DNA from: Macrostomum lignano
Lineage: Eukaryota
DNA: 64,000 nucleotides
Assembly (NCBI GenBank): GCA_002269645.1
Contig: NIVC01000103.1
Coordinates: 310,001 to 374,000, forward strand
Direction of reading: 5' to 3'
Shown one piece after another: positions 1 to 13,734 of the stretch. How positions within the stretch are numbered: position 1 is the first letter of the stretch; each line of letters starts with the position of its first letter. The notes beneath the pieces were generated by a model. It did not search any database. It was not told the DNA's origin and saw only the letters and a program-made list of their open reading frames with translations. The translations under genes were made by a program, and so were the position numbers.

Positions 1-114
1 TTGTGAATCGCACAAAATACGCGTAGATGAATCAGGGATTTGGAAAGAAGAGTTTGTAGTGCACTCCAGGTTCATTCCCAATCAAAATATCGAAGATATA
101 GAAGAGGTAGAAGA

Positions 115-2356
115 GGAGAGAGGAGAGAAGAGAAGATGAGAGATAGGAGAGAAAAGAAGATAAGAGAGAGGAGAGAAAAGAAGATAAGAGAGAGGAGAGA
201 AAAGAAGAGGAGAGATAGGAGAGAAAAGAAGATGAGAGAGGGGAGAGAAAAGAAGATGAGAGAGAGGGGAGAAAAGAAGATGAGAGAGGAGAGAGAAAAG
301 AAGATGAGAGAGAGGAGAGAAAAGAAGAGGAGAGAGAGGGGAGAAAAGAAGATGAGAGAGGAGAGAGAAAAGAAGATGAGAGAGAGGAGAGAAAAGAAGA
401 TGAGAGAGAGGAGAGAAAAGAAGAGGAGAGAGAGAGAAAAGAAGATGAGAGAGGAGAGAGAAAAGAAGATGAGAGAGAGGAGAGAAAAGAAGAGGAGAGA
501 GAGGGGAGAAAAGAAGATGAGAGAGAGGGGAGAAAAGAAGATGAGAGAGGAGAGAGAAAAGAAGATGAGAGAGAGGAGAGAAAAGAAGAGGAGAGAGAGG
601 GGAGAAAAGAAGAGGAGAGAGAGGGGAGAAAAGAAGATGAGAGAGGAGAGAGAAAAGAAGATGAGAGAGAGGAGAGAAAAGAAGAGGAGAGAGAGGGGAG
701 AAAAGAAGATGAGAGAGAGGAGAGAAAAGAAGAGGAGAGAGAGGGGAGAAAAGAAGATGAGAGAGGAGAGAGAAAAGAAGATGAGAGAGAGGAGAGAAAA
801 GAAGAGGAGAGAGAGGGGAGAAAAGAAGAGGAGAGAGAGGGGAGAAAAGAAGATGAGAGAGGAGAGAGAAAAGAAGATGAGAGAGAGGAGAGAAAAGAAG
901 AGGAGAGAGAGGGGAGAAAAGAAGATGAGAGAGAGGGGAGAAAAGAAGATGAGAGAGGAGAGAGAAAAGAAGATGAGAGAGAGGAGAGAAAAGAAGAGGA
1001 GAGAGAGGGGAGAAAAGAAGAGAGAGAGAGAGAGAAAAGAAGATGAGAGAGGAGAGAGAAAAGAAGATGAGAGAGAGGGAGAAAAGAAGAGGAGAGAGAG
1101 GGGAGAAAAGAAGATGAGAGAGAGGAGAGAAAAGAAGAGGAGAGAGAGGGGAGAAAAGAAGATGAGAGAGAGGGGAGAAAAGAAGATGAGAGAGGAGAGA
1201 GAAAAGAAGATGAGAGAGAGGAGAGAAAAGAAGAGGAGAGAGAGGGGAGAAAAGAAGAGGAGAGAGAGAGAAAAGAAGATGAGAGAGGAGAGAGAAAAGA
1301 AGATGAGAGAGAGGAGAGAAAAGAAGAGGAGAGAGAGGGGAGAAAAGAAGATGAGAGAGAGGGGAGAAAAGAAGATGAGAGAGGAGAGAGAAAAGAAGAT
1401 GAGAGAGAGGAGAGAAAAGAAGAGGAGAGAGAGGGGAGAAAAGAAGAGGAGAGAGAGGGGAGAAAAGAAGATGAGAGAGGAGAGAAAAGAAGAGGAGAGA
1501 GAGGAGAGAAAAGAAGATGAGAGAGGAGAGAGAAAAGAAGATGAGAGAGAGGAGAGAAAAGAAGATGAGAGAGGGGAGAGAAAAGAAGATGAGAGAGGGG
1601 AGAGAAAAGAAGAGGAGAGAGAGGGGAGAAAAGAAGATGAGAGAGGAGAGAGAAAAGAAGATGAGAGAGAGGAGAGAAAAGAAGATGAGAGAGGGGAGAG
1701 AAAAGAAGATGAGAGAGAGGAGAGAAAAGAAGAGGAGAGAGAGGGGAGAAAAGAAGATGAGAGAGGAGAGAGAAAAGAAGATGAGAGAGAGGAGAGAAAA
1801 GAAGAGGAGAGAGAGGGGAGAAAAGAAGAGAGAGAGAGAGAGAAAAGAAGATGAGAGAGAGAGAGAAAAGAAGATGAGAGAGAGGAGAGAAAAGAAGAGG
1901 AGAGAGAGGGGAGAAAAGAAGATGAGAGAGAGGAGAGAAAAGAAGAGGAGAGAGGGGAGAGAAAAGAAGAGGAGAGAGAGGAGAGAAAAGAAGATGAGAG
2001 AGAGGAGAGAAAAGAAGATGAGAGAGAGGAGAGAAAAGAAGATGAGAGAGGAGAGAAAAGAAGAGGAGAGAGAGGAGAGAAAAGAAGATGAGAGAGAGGA
2101 GAGAAAAGAAGATGAGAGAGAGGAGAGAAAAGAAGAGGAGAGAGGAGAGAAAAGAAGATGAGAGAGGAGAGAAAAGAAGATGAGAGAGGAGAGAAAAGAA
2201 GAGGAGAGAGGAGAGAAAAGAAGATGAGAGAGGAGAGAAAAGAAGAGGAGAGATAGGAGAGAAAAGAAGATGAGAGAGGAGAGAAAAGAAGAGGAGAGAG
2301 AGGAGAGAAAAGAAGATGAGAGAGGAGAGAAAAGAAGAGGAGAGAGGAGAGAAAAG
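115..2356. repeat. Polypurine GA-rich tandem array, 22-25 bp units around GAGAGAAAAGAAGA(T/G)GAGAGA
   Basis: Direct repetition over about 2.2 kb; the 604, 806 and 214 aa ORFs here are repeat translations. Confidence 0.97.
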
Positions 2357-2819
2357 AGCCGAAAAGAGACTAACCCTGAGCGGGCCAGATTGCCATCGTG
2401 AAGACCAGAACCTTCAACTTGGGCTTGAACTTCTTGCAGACAAATCTTTCCAGCCAAAGTGGGGATGATCCAAAATTTAAAGAAAATACTCCACTCCACC
2501 AAGTTTTCTGATCTGCACAGAGTCTTTTATTGTCCTCTTTTAGTGGGTGAAAATTTCAGCCAGACTTGTTGTCCGAAAGAAGAGAGAACTGAACAAAGTG
2601 GCAGATTTTTTACCCTGGCGCCCTTGTTCGACAGTTCGACAGTGCCTGCAGTTATTGCGGAGCCGCTGCGGCTACTGGGCTTCAACTTCAGTTGGACAAT
2701 AAAATCTTTTTTTACGAGTTGCAAGGCTTGAGGCTTAGGAAATATGTTGGAAGATGATCTGCTTCTGCTTGTTTGGAAATGCTTCCAACGGGAGTGTAAC
2801 GATGATATTTAAGTGCACA

Positions 2820-3245
2820 GGATATATATGAGAGTGAGAGTGAGAGACATGAGTGTAGACATGAGAGTAAACACAAGAGTAGGCATCAGAGTAGACATAA
2901 GGGTAGACAGTAGAGTAGAAACTAGAAATGATAGTAGATATGAGCGTAGACATGAGAGTAGAAATTACAGTAGATATGAGAGTAGATATCAGAGTAGAAA
3001 TGAGAGTAGACATTGACATGAGAGTAAACACAAGAGTAGGCATCAAAGTAGACATAAGAGTAGCCATGAGAGTAGCCATGAGAGTAGGCATGAGAGTAGA
3101 CACAAAAGTAGGCATAAGAGTAAACACCCGAGTAGGCATTAAAGTAGACATGAGAGTGGACATGAATGTAGACACAAGAGTAGGCATAAGAGTAGACACA
3201 AGAGTAGGCATAAGAGTAGACATGAGAGTTGGCATCAGAGCATAG
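2820..3245. repeat. Degenerate 12-bp array (GTAGACATGAGA-like)
   Basis: Recurrent GAGTAGACATGA / GAGTAGGCATAA units. Confidence 0.85.
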
Positions 3246-3844
3246 GTAGGGAAAAGAAAAGAAAATCTCCGCACAAATAATCTGCAAAAGCATCGCCAGA
3301 GAAGATTAATAAAGCAAAACTCAGCAGAGGCCCCGCCTCGGACAAGCGGCTGTCATTTCACGGCCACAGGCGCTATTCCCCGACCCAACGCAAAATTTTT
3401 CTAACGACCAAAGAACGGGCCGCAACGCGCTATGAGCCGGAGGCGCAGTGCGACTGCCTCTGTCGCCGCTGTCGTCAGAGCTACATGTAGAAGAAATTGA
3501 TTGCGGCAGACAGTTTCCAGTTGTCAGGAAAAAACTACGGCATCCGGGATGCCCTCCTCCAGACAATTCAGTTCGAGTTTGAATTCCGAATTCAACCGCA
3601 CTCGGGCGGGAAGCGAAATGAAGTGTCTGAGGCGCTGCGCTGTCTACCTTTTATGGAAGCCGTGACAGATCACCGCCAGCCAGTGCGACTTCCCCTGCCT
3701 TGTGTTTTCTGCTCCGAGCATGGAAGAAAAATAATTAAAAACATTTTTTCGCCAACTTTTCTAATTTTCAAAAAAAGTTTCAGTCTGGAAAACCTATGGG
3801 CCTCTCTGGCCTTCATTAGCTTTTCTCTCACTCTCAGTACCTGT

Positions 3845-4935
3845 CTCTCCCTGATTCTCTTCCTGATTCTCTCCCTGATTCTCTTCCTGATTCTCTCCCT
3901 GATTCTCTCCCTGATTCTCTCCCTGATTCTCTTCCTGATTCTCTCCCTCCGATTCTCTCCCTGATTTTCTCCCTGATTCTCTTCCTGATTCTCTCCCTGA
4001 TTCTCTTCCTGATTCTCTCCCTGATTCTCTCCCTGATTTTCTCCCTGATTCTCTTCCTGATTCTCTCCCTGATTCTCTCCCTGATTCTCTCCCTGATTCT
4101 CTCCCTGATTCTCTCCCTGATTCTCTCCCTGATTCTCTCCCTCCGATTCTCTCCCTGATTCTCTCCCTCTGATTCTCTCCCTGATTCTCTCCCTGATTCT
4201 CTCCCTGATTCTCTCCCTGATTCTCTGCCTGATTCTCTCCCTGATTCTCTCCCTCCGATTCTCTCCCTGATTCTCTCCCTGATTCTCTCCCTGATTCTCT
4301 CCCTGATTCTCTTCCTGATTCTCTCCCTGATTCTCTCCCTGATTCTCTCCCTGATTCTCTCCCTGATTCTCTCCCTGATTCTCTTCCTGATTCTCTCCCT
4401 GATTCTCTTCCTGATTCTCTCCCTGATTCTCTCCCTGATTCTCTCCCTGATTCTCTTCCTGATTCTCTCCCTGATTCTCTCCCTGATTCTCTCCCTGATT
4501 CTCTCCCTGATTCTCTCCCTGATTCTCTCCCTGATTCTCTCCCTGATTCTCTCTGATTCTCTCCCTGATTCTCTCCCTGATTCTCTCTGATTCTCTCCCT
4601 GATTCTCTCCCTGATTCTCTCCCTGATTCTCTCCCTGATTCTCTGCCCGATTCTCTCCCTGATTCTCTCCCTGATTCTCTCCCTCTGATTATCTCCCTCT
4701 GATTCTCTGCCTGATTATCTGCCTGATTTTCTCCCTGATTCTCTGCCTGATTCTCTCCCTGATTCTCTCCCTGATTCTCTCTGATTCTCTCTCTGATTCT
4801 CTCCCTGATTCTCTCCCTGATTCTCTCCCTGATTCTCTCCCTGATTCTCTCCCTGATTCTCTCCCTGATTCTCTCCCTGATTCTCTCCCTGATTCTCTCC
4901 CTGATTCTCTCCCTGATTCCTTCCTGATTCTCTCC
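3845..4935. repeat. 12-bp tandem array CTGATTCTCTCC
   Basis: Direct repetition, about 90 units. Confidence 0.97.
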
Positions 4936-5179
4936 AATGCATTGGGGACAGAGAAGTATAGAACTCGTGTTCGCACCGGCAATCAGTTAAAGTATCTCAA
5001 CCTAACGGGAAGTTCAGGTCTCGCTCAGGTGAACCGGGACTCCAGCTCTGCTGGCTGCTGTTTTATAATTCCCCTGCAGCTCACCTTCCTAGGATTGGGA
5101 GGCCAGGCGTGAGACTAACACAGCTATGGGGCAGCCAGCAGTGGCCCAGGGCGATTCAACTATATGCATATATACCCAT

Positions 5180-6990
5180 GTACATGGGTAGAGTGGGACA
5201 TGGGTAGAGTGGGACATGGGTAGAGTGGGACATGGGTAGAGTGGGACATGGGTAGAGTGGGACATGGTTAGAGTGGTACATGGGTAGAGTGGGACATGGG
5301 TAGAGTGGGACATGGGTAGAGTGGGACATGGGTAGAGTGGGACATGGGTAGAGTGGGACATGGGTAGAGTGGGACATGGGTAGAGTGGGACATGGGTAGA
5401 GTGGGACATGGGTAGAGTGGGACATGGGTAGAGTGGGACATGGGTAGAGTGGGACATGGGTAGAGTGGGACATGGGTAGAGTGGGACATGGGTAGAGTGG
5501 GACATGGGTAGAGTGGGACATGGGTAGAGTGGGACATGGGTAGAGTGGGACATGGGTAGAGTGGGACATGGGTAGAGTGGGACATGGGTAGAGTGGGACA
5601 TGGGTAGAGTGGGACATGGGTAGAGTGGGACATGGTTAGAGTGGTACATGGGTAGAGTGGGACATGGGTAGAGTGGGACATGGGTAGAGTGGGACATGGG
5701 TAGAGTGGGACATGGGTAGAGTGGGACATGGGTAGAGTGGGACATGGGTAGAGTGGGACATGGGTAGAGTGGGACATGGGTAGAGTGGGACATGGGTAGA
5801 GTGGGACATGGGTAGAGTGGGACATGGGTAGAGTGGGACATGGGTAGAGTGGGACATGGGTAGAGTGGGACATGGGTAGAGTGGGACATGGGTAGAGTGG
5901 GACATGGGTAGAGTGGGACATGGGTAGAGTGGGACATGGGTAGAGTGGGACATGGGTAGAGTGGGACATGGGTAGAGTGGGACATGGGTAGAGTGGGACA
6001 TGGGTAGAGTGGGACATGGGTAGAGTGGGACATGGGTAGAGTGGGACATGGGTAGAGTGGGACATGGGTAGAGTGGGACATGGGTAGAGTGGGACATGGG
6101 TAGAGTGGGACATGGGTAGAGTGGGACATGGGTAGAGTGGGACATGGGTAGAGTGGGACATGGGTAGAGTGGGACATGGGTAGAGTGGGACATGGGTAGA
6201 GTGGGACATGGGTAGAGTGGGACATGGGTAGAGTGGGACATGGGTAGAGTGGGACATGGGTAGAGTGGGACATGGTTAGAGTGGTACATGGGTAGAGTGG
6301 GACATGGGTAGAGTGGGACATGGGTAGAGTGGGACATGGGTAGAGTGGGACATGGGTAGAGTGGGACATGGGTAGAGTGGGACATGGGTAGAGTGGGACA
6401 TGGGTAGAGTGGGACATGGGTAGAGTGGGACATGGGTAGAGTGGGACATGGGTAGAGTGGGACATGGGTAGAGTGGGACATGGGTAGAGTGGGACATGGG
6501 TAGAGTGGGACATGGGTAGAGTGGGACATGGGTAGAGTGGGACATGGGTAGAGTGGGACATGGGTAGAGTGGGACATGGGTAGAGTGGGACATGGGTAGA
6601 GTGGGACATGGGTAGAGTGGGACATGGGTAGAGTGGGACATGGGTAGAGTGGGACATGGGTAGAGTGGGACATGGGTAGAGTGGGACATGGGTAGAGTGG
6701 GACATGGGTAGAGTGGGACATGGGTAGAGTGGGACATGGGTAGAGTGGGACATGGGTAGAGTGGGACATGGGTAGAGTGGGACATGGGTAGAGTGGGACA
6801 TGGGTAGAGTGGGACATGGGTAGAGTGGGACATGGGTAGAGTGGGACATGGGTAGAGTGGGACATGGGTAGAGTGGGACATGGGTAGAGTGGGACATGGG
6901 TAGAGTGGGACATGGGTAGAGTGGGACATGGGTAGAGTGGGACATGGGTAGAGTGGGACATGGGTAGAGTGGGACATGGGTAGAGTGGGA
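5180..6990. repeat. Highly homogeneous 16-bp array GGGTAGAGTGGGACAT
   Basis: About 113 near-identical units; variant GGTTAGAGTGGTACAT near 5266, 5634 and 6274. Confidence 0.98.
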
Positions 6991-7626
6991 TAGGCCAGCC
7001 ATCATGATTAGCCAGACCGAATATCCATAGGAGCAACAAAGCGGACTCAACAATTGATTTTTCTTTCTCCATCTCCCTTTGGCCTCGGTGGAAAACTCGA
7101 TAATTCGAGTTCGCAGCTGGCTCAGCAAAGAATCTGATTACAGGAGCAGAAGACTCCTGTCTGCCTGCTTGACAGGGAAGCATCTGATTGTGGGCGGGAC
7201 TGCAGCGCCAGATTCGCAGGCGTTCATTAGGCAGGTCTGGGCAGCGGGCGGGCAACACGCCGCATGCCAGACTGACTCACTGACTTCCTGACTCACTCCC
7301 TGAGCTGCTGTTCTCACTTTCTCCTGAGATAATACCTGCGGGATTTCGTGTTAAATTCAATAAGCCAGCCTCTCTCTTGCTTCCTCAGTGATGGGAGGCG
7401 ATCCCTGCGTCTTCGCGGGTAGGATAGATGAGGGCGAGAAGGGAAGGATGTAAGAAGCTGGCCCTTTTGATGGCAAGGGATCAAGGGATAGAATATGGCA
7501 ACAAGGATGGGGAGGGTCGGGTTTAGAGAGGGAGATTTTATAGGACGTGAGGCGGCAGCCTAATTAAGCGGAGGGATATGCTGTCTGGCACTGGGGAGCT
7601 CGGGTTCCGCTGTAACTTATGTGTCT

Positions 7627-7882
<256 letters not shown>

Positions 7883-8524
7883 TTCAACTAGGGCTGTTTA
7901 GAAACGAATAATTTAAGCATTCCTTACATGTGAGGACCCCTTGACCTCCATAGCCAGAATCCGCGGTTCTGATGATGATGAAGCAGCAGTTTCCATCGTT
8001 CTGACCATCCTCCTGCCCATCCACCTCCTTAACAAAGATCCCGGATCAGCTCTGCGAAAGCTTTATTGCCCCAGACAAGCTCGCATCCCAGGGGATTCGC
8101 GCGTGGAGGAGAAGCCGCGGCAAGCAGCAAAGCGTTGGCAACAGGGGTTAGGGTGTTGGGCAGAATAAATGATGCGCCCAAGAAGAACAAAGACCTTGCC
8201 AGAGAGGGAAGAAAAACTGCTAATCGGATTTTCGCGGCTCCCACCGCCGCTCCCGGCTGTCGTTGACTGACTTGATACTCGAGAGCGAGTGGCGCTGGCG
8301 ATTGCCTTAACGATGCCGCCGAGAGGCTGTTCAGAGGGGTGGAAGGGTGACTCAGCAGGTGCCTCTCGGTCGGGGGCAGGGCCTGACTTATTGGCCCTCT
8401 CCCCATTCTTGCAGCAATGCCCCTGCTTTGTGCATCTTGACAACAGCTGGCTTGAGATAGTACAAGATCTGAATGTGTTTCAACAGTAAATGGTATTGAG
8501 ATATTCTAGTAAAATATCGGAGTC

Positions 8525-8835
8525 GACAGTCTGGTAGCTTTCGGAGTAGGGTAGACAGTCTGGTAGGTTTCGGAGTAGATAGACAGTCTGGTAGGTTTTG
8601 GAGTAGATATACAGTCTGGTAGGTTTCTGAGTAGATAGACAGTCTGGTAGGTTTCTGAGTAGATAGACAGTCTGGTAGGTTTCGGAGTTAGGTAGACAGT
8701 CTGGTAGGTTTCGGAGTTAGGTAGACAGTCTGGTAGGTTTCGGAGTTAGGTAGACAGTCTGGTAGGTTTCGGAGTTAGGTAGACAGTCTGGTAGGTTCCG
8801 GGATAGGTAGACAGTCTTGTAGGTTCTGGAGTAGG
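8525..8835. repeat. 28-29 bp array GTAGACAGTCTGGTAGGTTTCGGAGTTAG
   Basis: About 10 units. Confidence 0.92.
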
Positions 8836-9849
8836 TAACAGGTATATAGTCTACTAGTGTGGATATAGATATATAGATTCATGTAGATAACCAGTTAGCA
8901 TTCTGAGTTGACAATCTGGCAGATTTTGGAACAGAAGATGACTAGCTAACATGACAAAATTATCATATAGTTTGTGCATTTTAAAGAATTTACTACAGCT
9001 TAATTATCCTTTAATTGCGGATTGGCTGCTGGCATTTGATGCAGGTAGAGAAACAGATGAATGAAACTTGCTCATTTTTCACCTGTCTTCTAAAGCACTG
9101 ATTTAGAACTTAGCTCATATAATTGATATTAATGATCACAAAAAAATCCCGGAACTCACGAAATCTCCAACCCAAGCCTCATGAGCCTCATCAGTCTCTT
9201 TCGCTCGAGCTGACTTCCACAAAATGATGCTTCGTGACAGAGCCGTCAGACCGGCCTTGGCAACGCTTCCCTCCCTTAGTAACTGGGAAAAAACTCGCTG
9301 GCAATGTGGAGAGTGTGATTTTTTGCCGGCCGTGATCTCCAAGGAGTCAAATTGGCAAACCAAGCGGAAGAGCCGATGGCAGACTGAGGAATTCAGTTTG
9401 ATGATGGAACCCCCCCCCAGTTCATTTCCTAAGATTTCTAAGATTCATAGAAACCAATAGCATCCAACTAACCATAGATGGGGATAAATCTATCATGGAA
9501 TCATTCATATGGATACAATTGTTTTTTCAAAAAAAATACAATCGTCTGTCGTTTTGCTTTGAAATTTTAAGCCTGGCAATTGAACTGATAGCATTGAGGC
9601 AACCTTTCTAAGAACTCGAATTTCTGTTTTAGAAAATGCTTGAAAAAAGCAAAAACATAACCTGCTTTATCACAGAATATTTTAAAAGGATTTGGAATAA
9701 AAACAAAAACATTATAAATATTTCATAAAGATTAAAGAACAATCTGTCGACGTTTTTCAAGACTCACAAAATTCTAATACAATAAGAGATAAATCAGCAG
9801 CAATAAAAGTCGATAAAATTCCACTGCACTACAACTGCGCCGACCGCAG

Positions 9850-10320
9850 TTGTTTAAGCCCATCCCATTCCGCCAGGCTTAAGTCAATAATATCCCCACC
9901 CCACTACTAGCCAATAAAACCTCACCCACCTCACTCTGCCGGCCGAAAGCCGCAAGTCTATTAAACAACATCCCACTCTGCTAGCCGCAGTCAATAAAAC
10001 AACGTCCATTCCACTCCGCCAGCCACAAAGTCAATAAAACACCACCAACCCCACTCCGCCAGCCACAAAGTCAATAAAACACCACCAACCCCACTCCGCC
10101 AGCCACAAAGTCAATAAAACACCACCAACCCCACTCCGCCAGCCACAAAGTCAATAAAACACCACCAACCCACTCCGCCAGCCACAAAGTCAATAAAACA
10201 CCACCAACCCCACTCCGCCAGCCACAAAGTCAATAAAACACCACCAACCCCACTCCGCCAGCCACAAAGTCAATAAAACACCACCAACCCCACTCCGCCA
10301 GCCACAAAGTCAATAAAACC
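9850..10320. repeat. 39-40 bp array CACTCCGCCAGCCACAAAGTCAATAAAACACCACCAACC
   Basis: 8 clean copies from about 10012 with degenerate copies upstream; ends just before the HS3ST exon acceptor. Confidence 0.92.
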
Positions 10321-10342
10321 CCATTCCAACACTCGTACACAG

Positions 10343-11078
10343 AAAGCGCATGCCAGCCAGCTTGCCCAGTCAGCTGACCATGGAGAAAACACCCGGATAC
10401 TTCATCTCCGAGTCGGCGCCAAGCCGGGTGCACTCGATGAACCCGGACACCCGCCTGGTGCTGGTTGTTCGCGACCCGGTCACGCGGATTCTATCCGACT
10501 ATGCGCAAGCCTCGGCCAATGCAGCCGGCGGCTCATCGCGTCGTCGAAATCGCAGGAATCGCCGGAGGAAAAATCGTCGTAAGCACCGCCGACGCCAAGC
10601 CGGCCGCCGCGGCTCCTCCATCAAGCCAATCGAGAGTCTGGCCTTTCGAAGTCGACCGGGCAACGGCAGCCAACCGGAGCTGCTGGAGGTCTCAGCCAAC
10701 TGGACAGCAGTTCGAATTGGCGAATACGCCCGCCACCTGGCCAACTGGCTGGCCGTGTTCCCCCGCCAGCAGATCCTCGTGCTGTCCGGCGAGCGACTCG
10801 TCGCCGACCCCGGCGCCGTCATGGAGGAGCTGCAGCGATTCCTTGGCCTTGAACTGATCATCACCGGGCGGCACTTCTACTTCGACAGGCGGAAAGGATT
10901 TCACTGCTTGAAGAAGGCCGGCCGGCGGGGCAAGCCGCGCTGTCTGGCTGGCAACAAAGGCCGGCGCCATCCCAACCTGGCGCCCGAGCTGATCCGGCGC
11001 CTCAGGCAGTTCTACGCGCCCAAGAACCGCGAGTTCTACGCCATGACCGGCGTCAACTTTGGCTGGCCCGAGCTGTGA
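10343..11078 (+). CDS. HS3ST: Terminal coding exon of a heparan sulfate glucosamine 3-O-sulfotransferase (HS3ST family)
   Basis: Motifs QLTMEKTPGYF, RDPVTRILSDY (3-prime PAPS-binding), GFHCLKK...RCLAGNKGRRHP and LRQFYAPKNREFYAMTGVNFGW. Acceptor ACACAG at 10342 in phase 2 fits an upstream WYR. The exon with the GTRA motif was not found in the window. Confidence 0.9.
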
Positions 11079-11719
11079 GCATGTACATAGGAATACTGCT
11101 GTGCACTAGCGAGATCGAGCGGTCACAGGTGTTCAAGGACACCTAGAATATCGGCGTCTGGATTGGAATTCACAAATAATTATCTGTCGATTTTAATTTT
11201 TAGCATCCCAAAAAAAATTGTCATTTTTCGAGGCGGTTTTTTAAAGCTACCTCCATGTTCCATTGCCATCTCAAAGCCTATAGAGTGAAGCCCGCGCACA
11301 TTGAGAAGTTCTCAACGTCTGTGATTGTTATTCGCGAATGTCATTAGTCTGTCACAAGCTAGTATGATTTATCCTACTCGAAATTGCTGCTGTTTGTTAA
11401 CATAAATTTTTTGTGTATTTTTGTGTAAAAATGAACTATAACATCATAGAGGCGGATAGGCACTTACTTTGGAGTCGCAGTTGTGAGCTCTGGGGCCAAT
11501 CTTTGAGCTCAAATGGACCCGACGGAGCAAGACGACGGGACCGAAAGTTGGATAAATCTCCCATGGGAAATTGCCGGCTCCGCCCTATTAGGCAGGGAGC
11601 GACATGCAGTGACGTCTTGGGAGGGAGGGAGAGGGTTGGAAGTAGGGAGACAAATTTCCCTATCGTGCGAGTGGGGGTTTCCTTTACTGCTTTTGCGAGC
11701 AGAATGGTTGAGATAGCTA

Positions 11720-12350
11720 GGAGAGAGAGATAGAGGGAGTGGAGAGATGAGATGGAGAGAGAAGAGATACGATGGGAAGACGAGAAAAGAAATGGAGGAG
11801 GGAGAGTGCAGAGATGGAGAGACGAGAGATGAGATGGAGAAAGGAGAGAAGAGATGGAGAGGCGAGAGATCTAATGGAGAGACGAGAAAGGAGATGGAGG
11901 GGAGTGGAGAGATGGAGAGAGGAGAGAGGAGATCGAGAGAGGAGAGACGAGATGGAGAGGAGAGACGAGATGGAGAGAGGAGAGAGGAGATCGAGAGAGG
12001 AGAGACGAGATGGAGAGAGGAGAGAAGAGATAGAGAGGAGAGAAGAGATAGAGAGGAGAGAAGAGATAGAGAGGCGAGAGATCTAATGGAGAGAAGAGAA
12101 AAGAGATGGAGGGGGTGGAGAGATGGAGAGAGGAGAGACAAGATGGAGAGGCGAGAGAAGAGATGGAAAGGCGAGAGAAGAGATGGAGAGGCGAGAGAAG
12201 AGATGGAAAGGCGAGAGAAGAGATGGAAAGGCGAGAGAAGAGATGGAAAGGCGAGAGAAGAGATGGAGAGACGAGATGGAGAGAGTAAATAGATGGAGAG
12301 TTACATGAGAGTAGAGAAGAGATGTGAAGAGAGAGGGAAAGGTTCTGACA
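11720..12350. repeat. GA-rich low-complexity / degenerate tandem region
   Basis: GAGAGAAGAGATGGA-type units. Confidence 0.9.
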
Positions 12351-13734
12351 GGGAGTGAAGATGAGGCCTGGGAGAGCAGCTCTAGATGGCTGGAGAGCAA
12401 TTAAGGTTGATCGGGGCTCCCCAGTTCGACAGGCCCGTAAAAGCACTCAGCCGTGGCCTCGGCCAGCAGCTCACAGGCATAAGCCGCTCCCTCATTAATC
12501 CAGTGTAGAAAATTTTCGCTTATAGACGACTTCATCAACTCGAGGGAAGTCTGATTCGAGCTCAGAAACCGCCAGCAGAAATCAATATCCGTGACCCAGC
12601 GGTCAAGGAGGCTGGACCTTCGGGGGCCCTCAGAACCCCCACGAGGTTCCCGCGGAATCGACTTCCCCTTCATCAGAGTGGAAGTTTTGATCCCACGAAT
12701 CAAGTGAGGCTTTGAAGCCCGAGATCGCCTTTCCCATTTGACTGGAAAGGTTTGAAATACAGCCCAAGCCAGAGTTCTCCCGTGTCAAAAGGAAAATTAA
12801 AAAAAAATCGATAAGAGTTCATTCAGAATTATGGCGAAGTGTTATAAATCTGAGCCACAGAAACGCTGAGCATATCACGATTGTAAATATTTTCCTGTTA
12901 TTATTTATAATTCTGTTCGTATAGTTAGCTTCATCTCGAAATTTAACCCAAAATAAATAACGTCAAGCAACTTCAACTATACTATCTTAATCAATAATTT
13001 CGTTTTTATAAAAATCCAATTTGTCCCACTACCAGCATCGCTAATTATTAATTAGCTGCTAAATACACTTGGGGCACATACGTATTGTTTCTCAAATCAG
13101 TGTGCTGTTCGTCTTGTTCAATAAATAGATATGATCTTGATTATGTAGATAGCTCGTATGATTATGATTATCTAGATATGATTAATACTATGTAGATAAA
13201 ATGATTAAAGAGTGATATAAACGCACACAGTTTAAAATGAATAATGCAAGCTCTACCAGAAATTTTAGCAAGCATTTTATTGCATCGCTTAGTCAAAGAA
13301 AGATTCACAAGAAAATTTTTTGGCAACCAGCTGCTGCAGCCCACTCAACACTCTCAAGCTCAGAAACCCCTAATTTCATCTGCAACAGCTTGTATTTAGT
13401 TGTTAAGTGCGGCAAAGATGCGGCGATATTGTTATTGTTATTCGAGAAACATACAGAAAACTATGCTAAGATTCGTATCAGGTGTCAGCCTGCCGATGCT
13501 TGAAGATGAAGAAAAGGCGATGCTCAGATGCAGATTGGTCCAGAGATTCTGACAAAAGTCGTTGTATGAAGCCAATTTACATTGTCGGCAAATCTGCTTA
13601 AGGGGAGGGGGCAGACAGTCAGATGGCTGAGATGACAACTCTCAGCCACTTGTGACTTAATAGGTTGTTAGGCCAGGGACTGCAACTGGCGAGGTAAATC
13701 TAGACTGGAAATACCCTAGGTGGGGCGAGCACAG

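Noticed and set aside
40-7258. Long ORFs of 200-800 aa (ERREKK, LLFSPLS, MSHSTHVPLYPCPTLP)
   Set aside because: Translations of stop-free tandem arrays, open in several frames and on both strands
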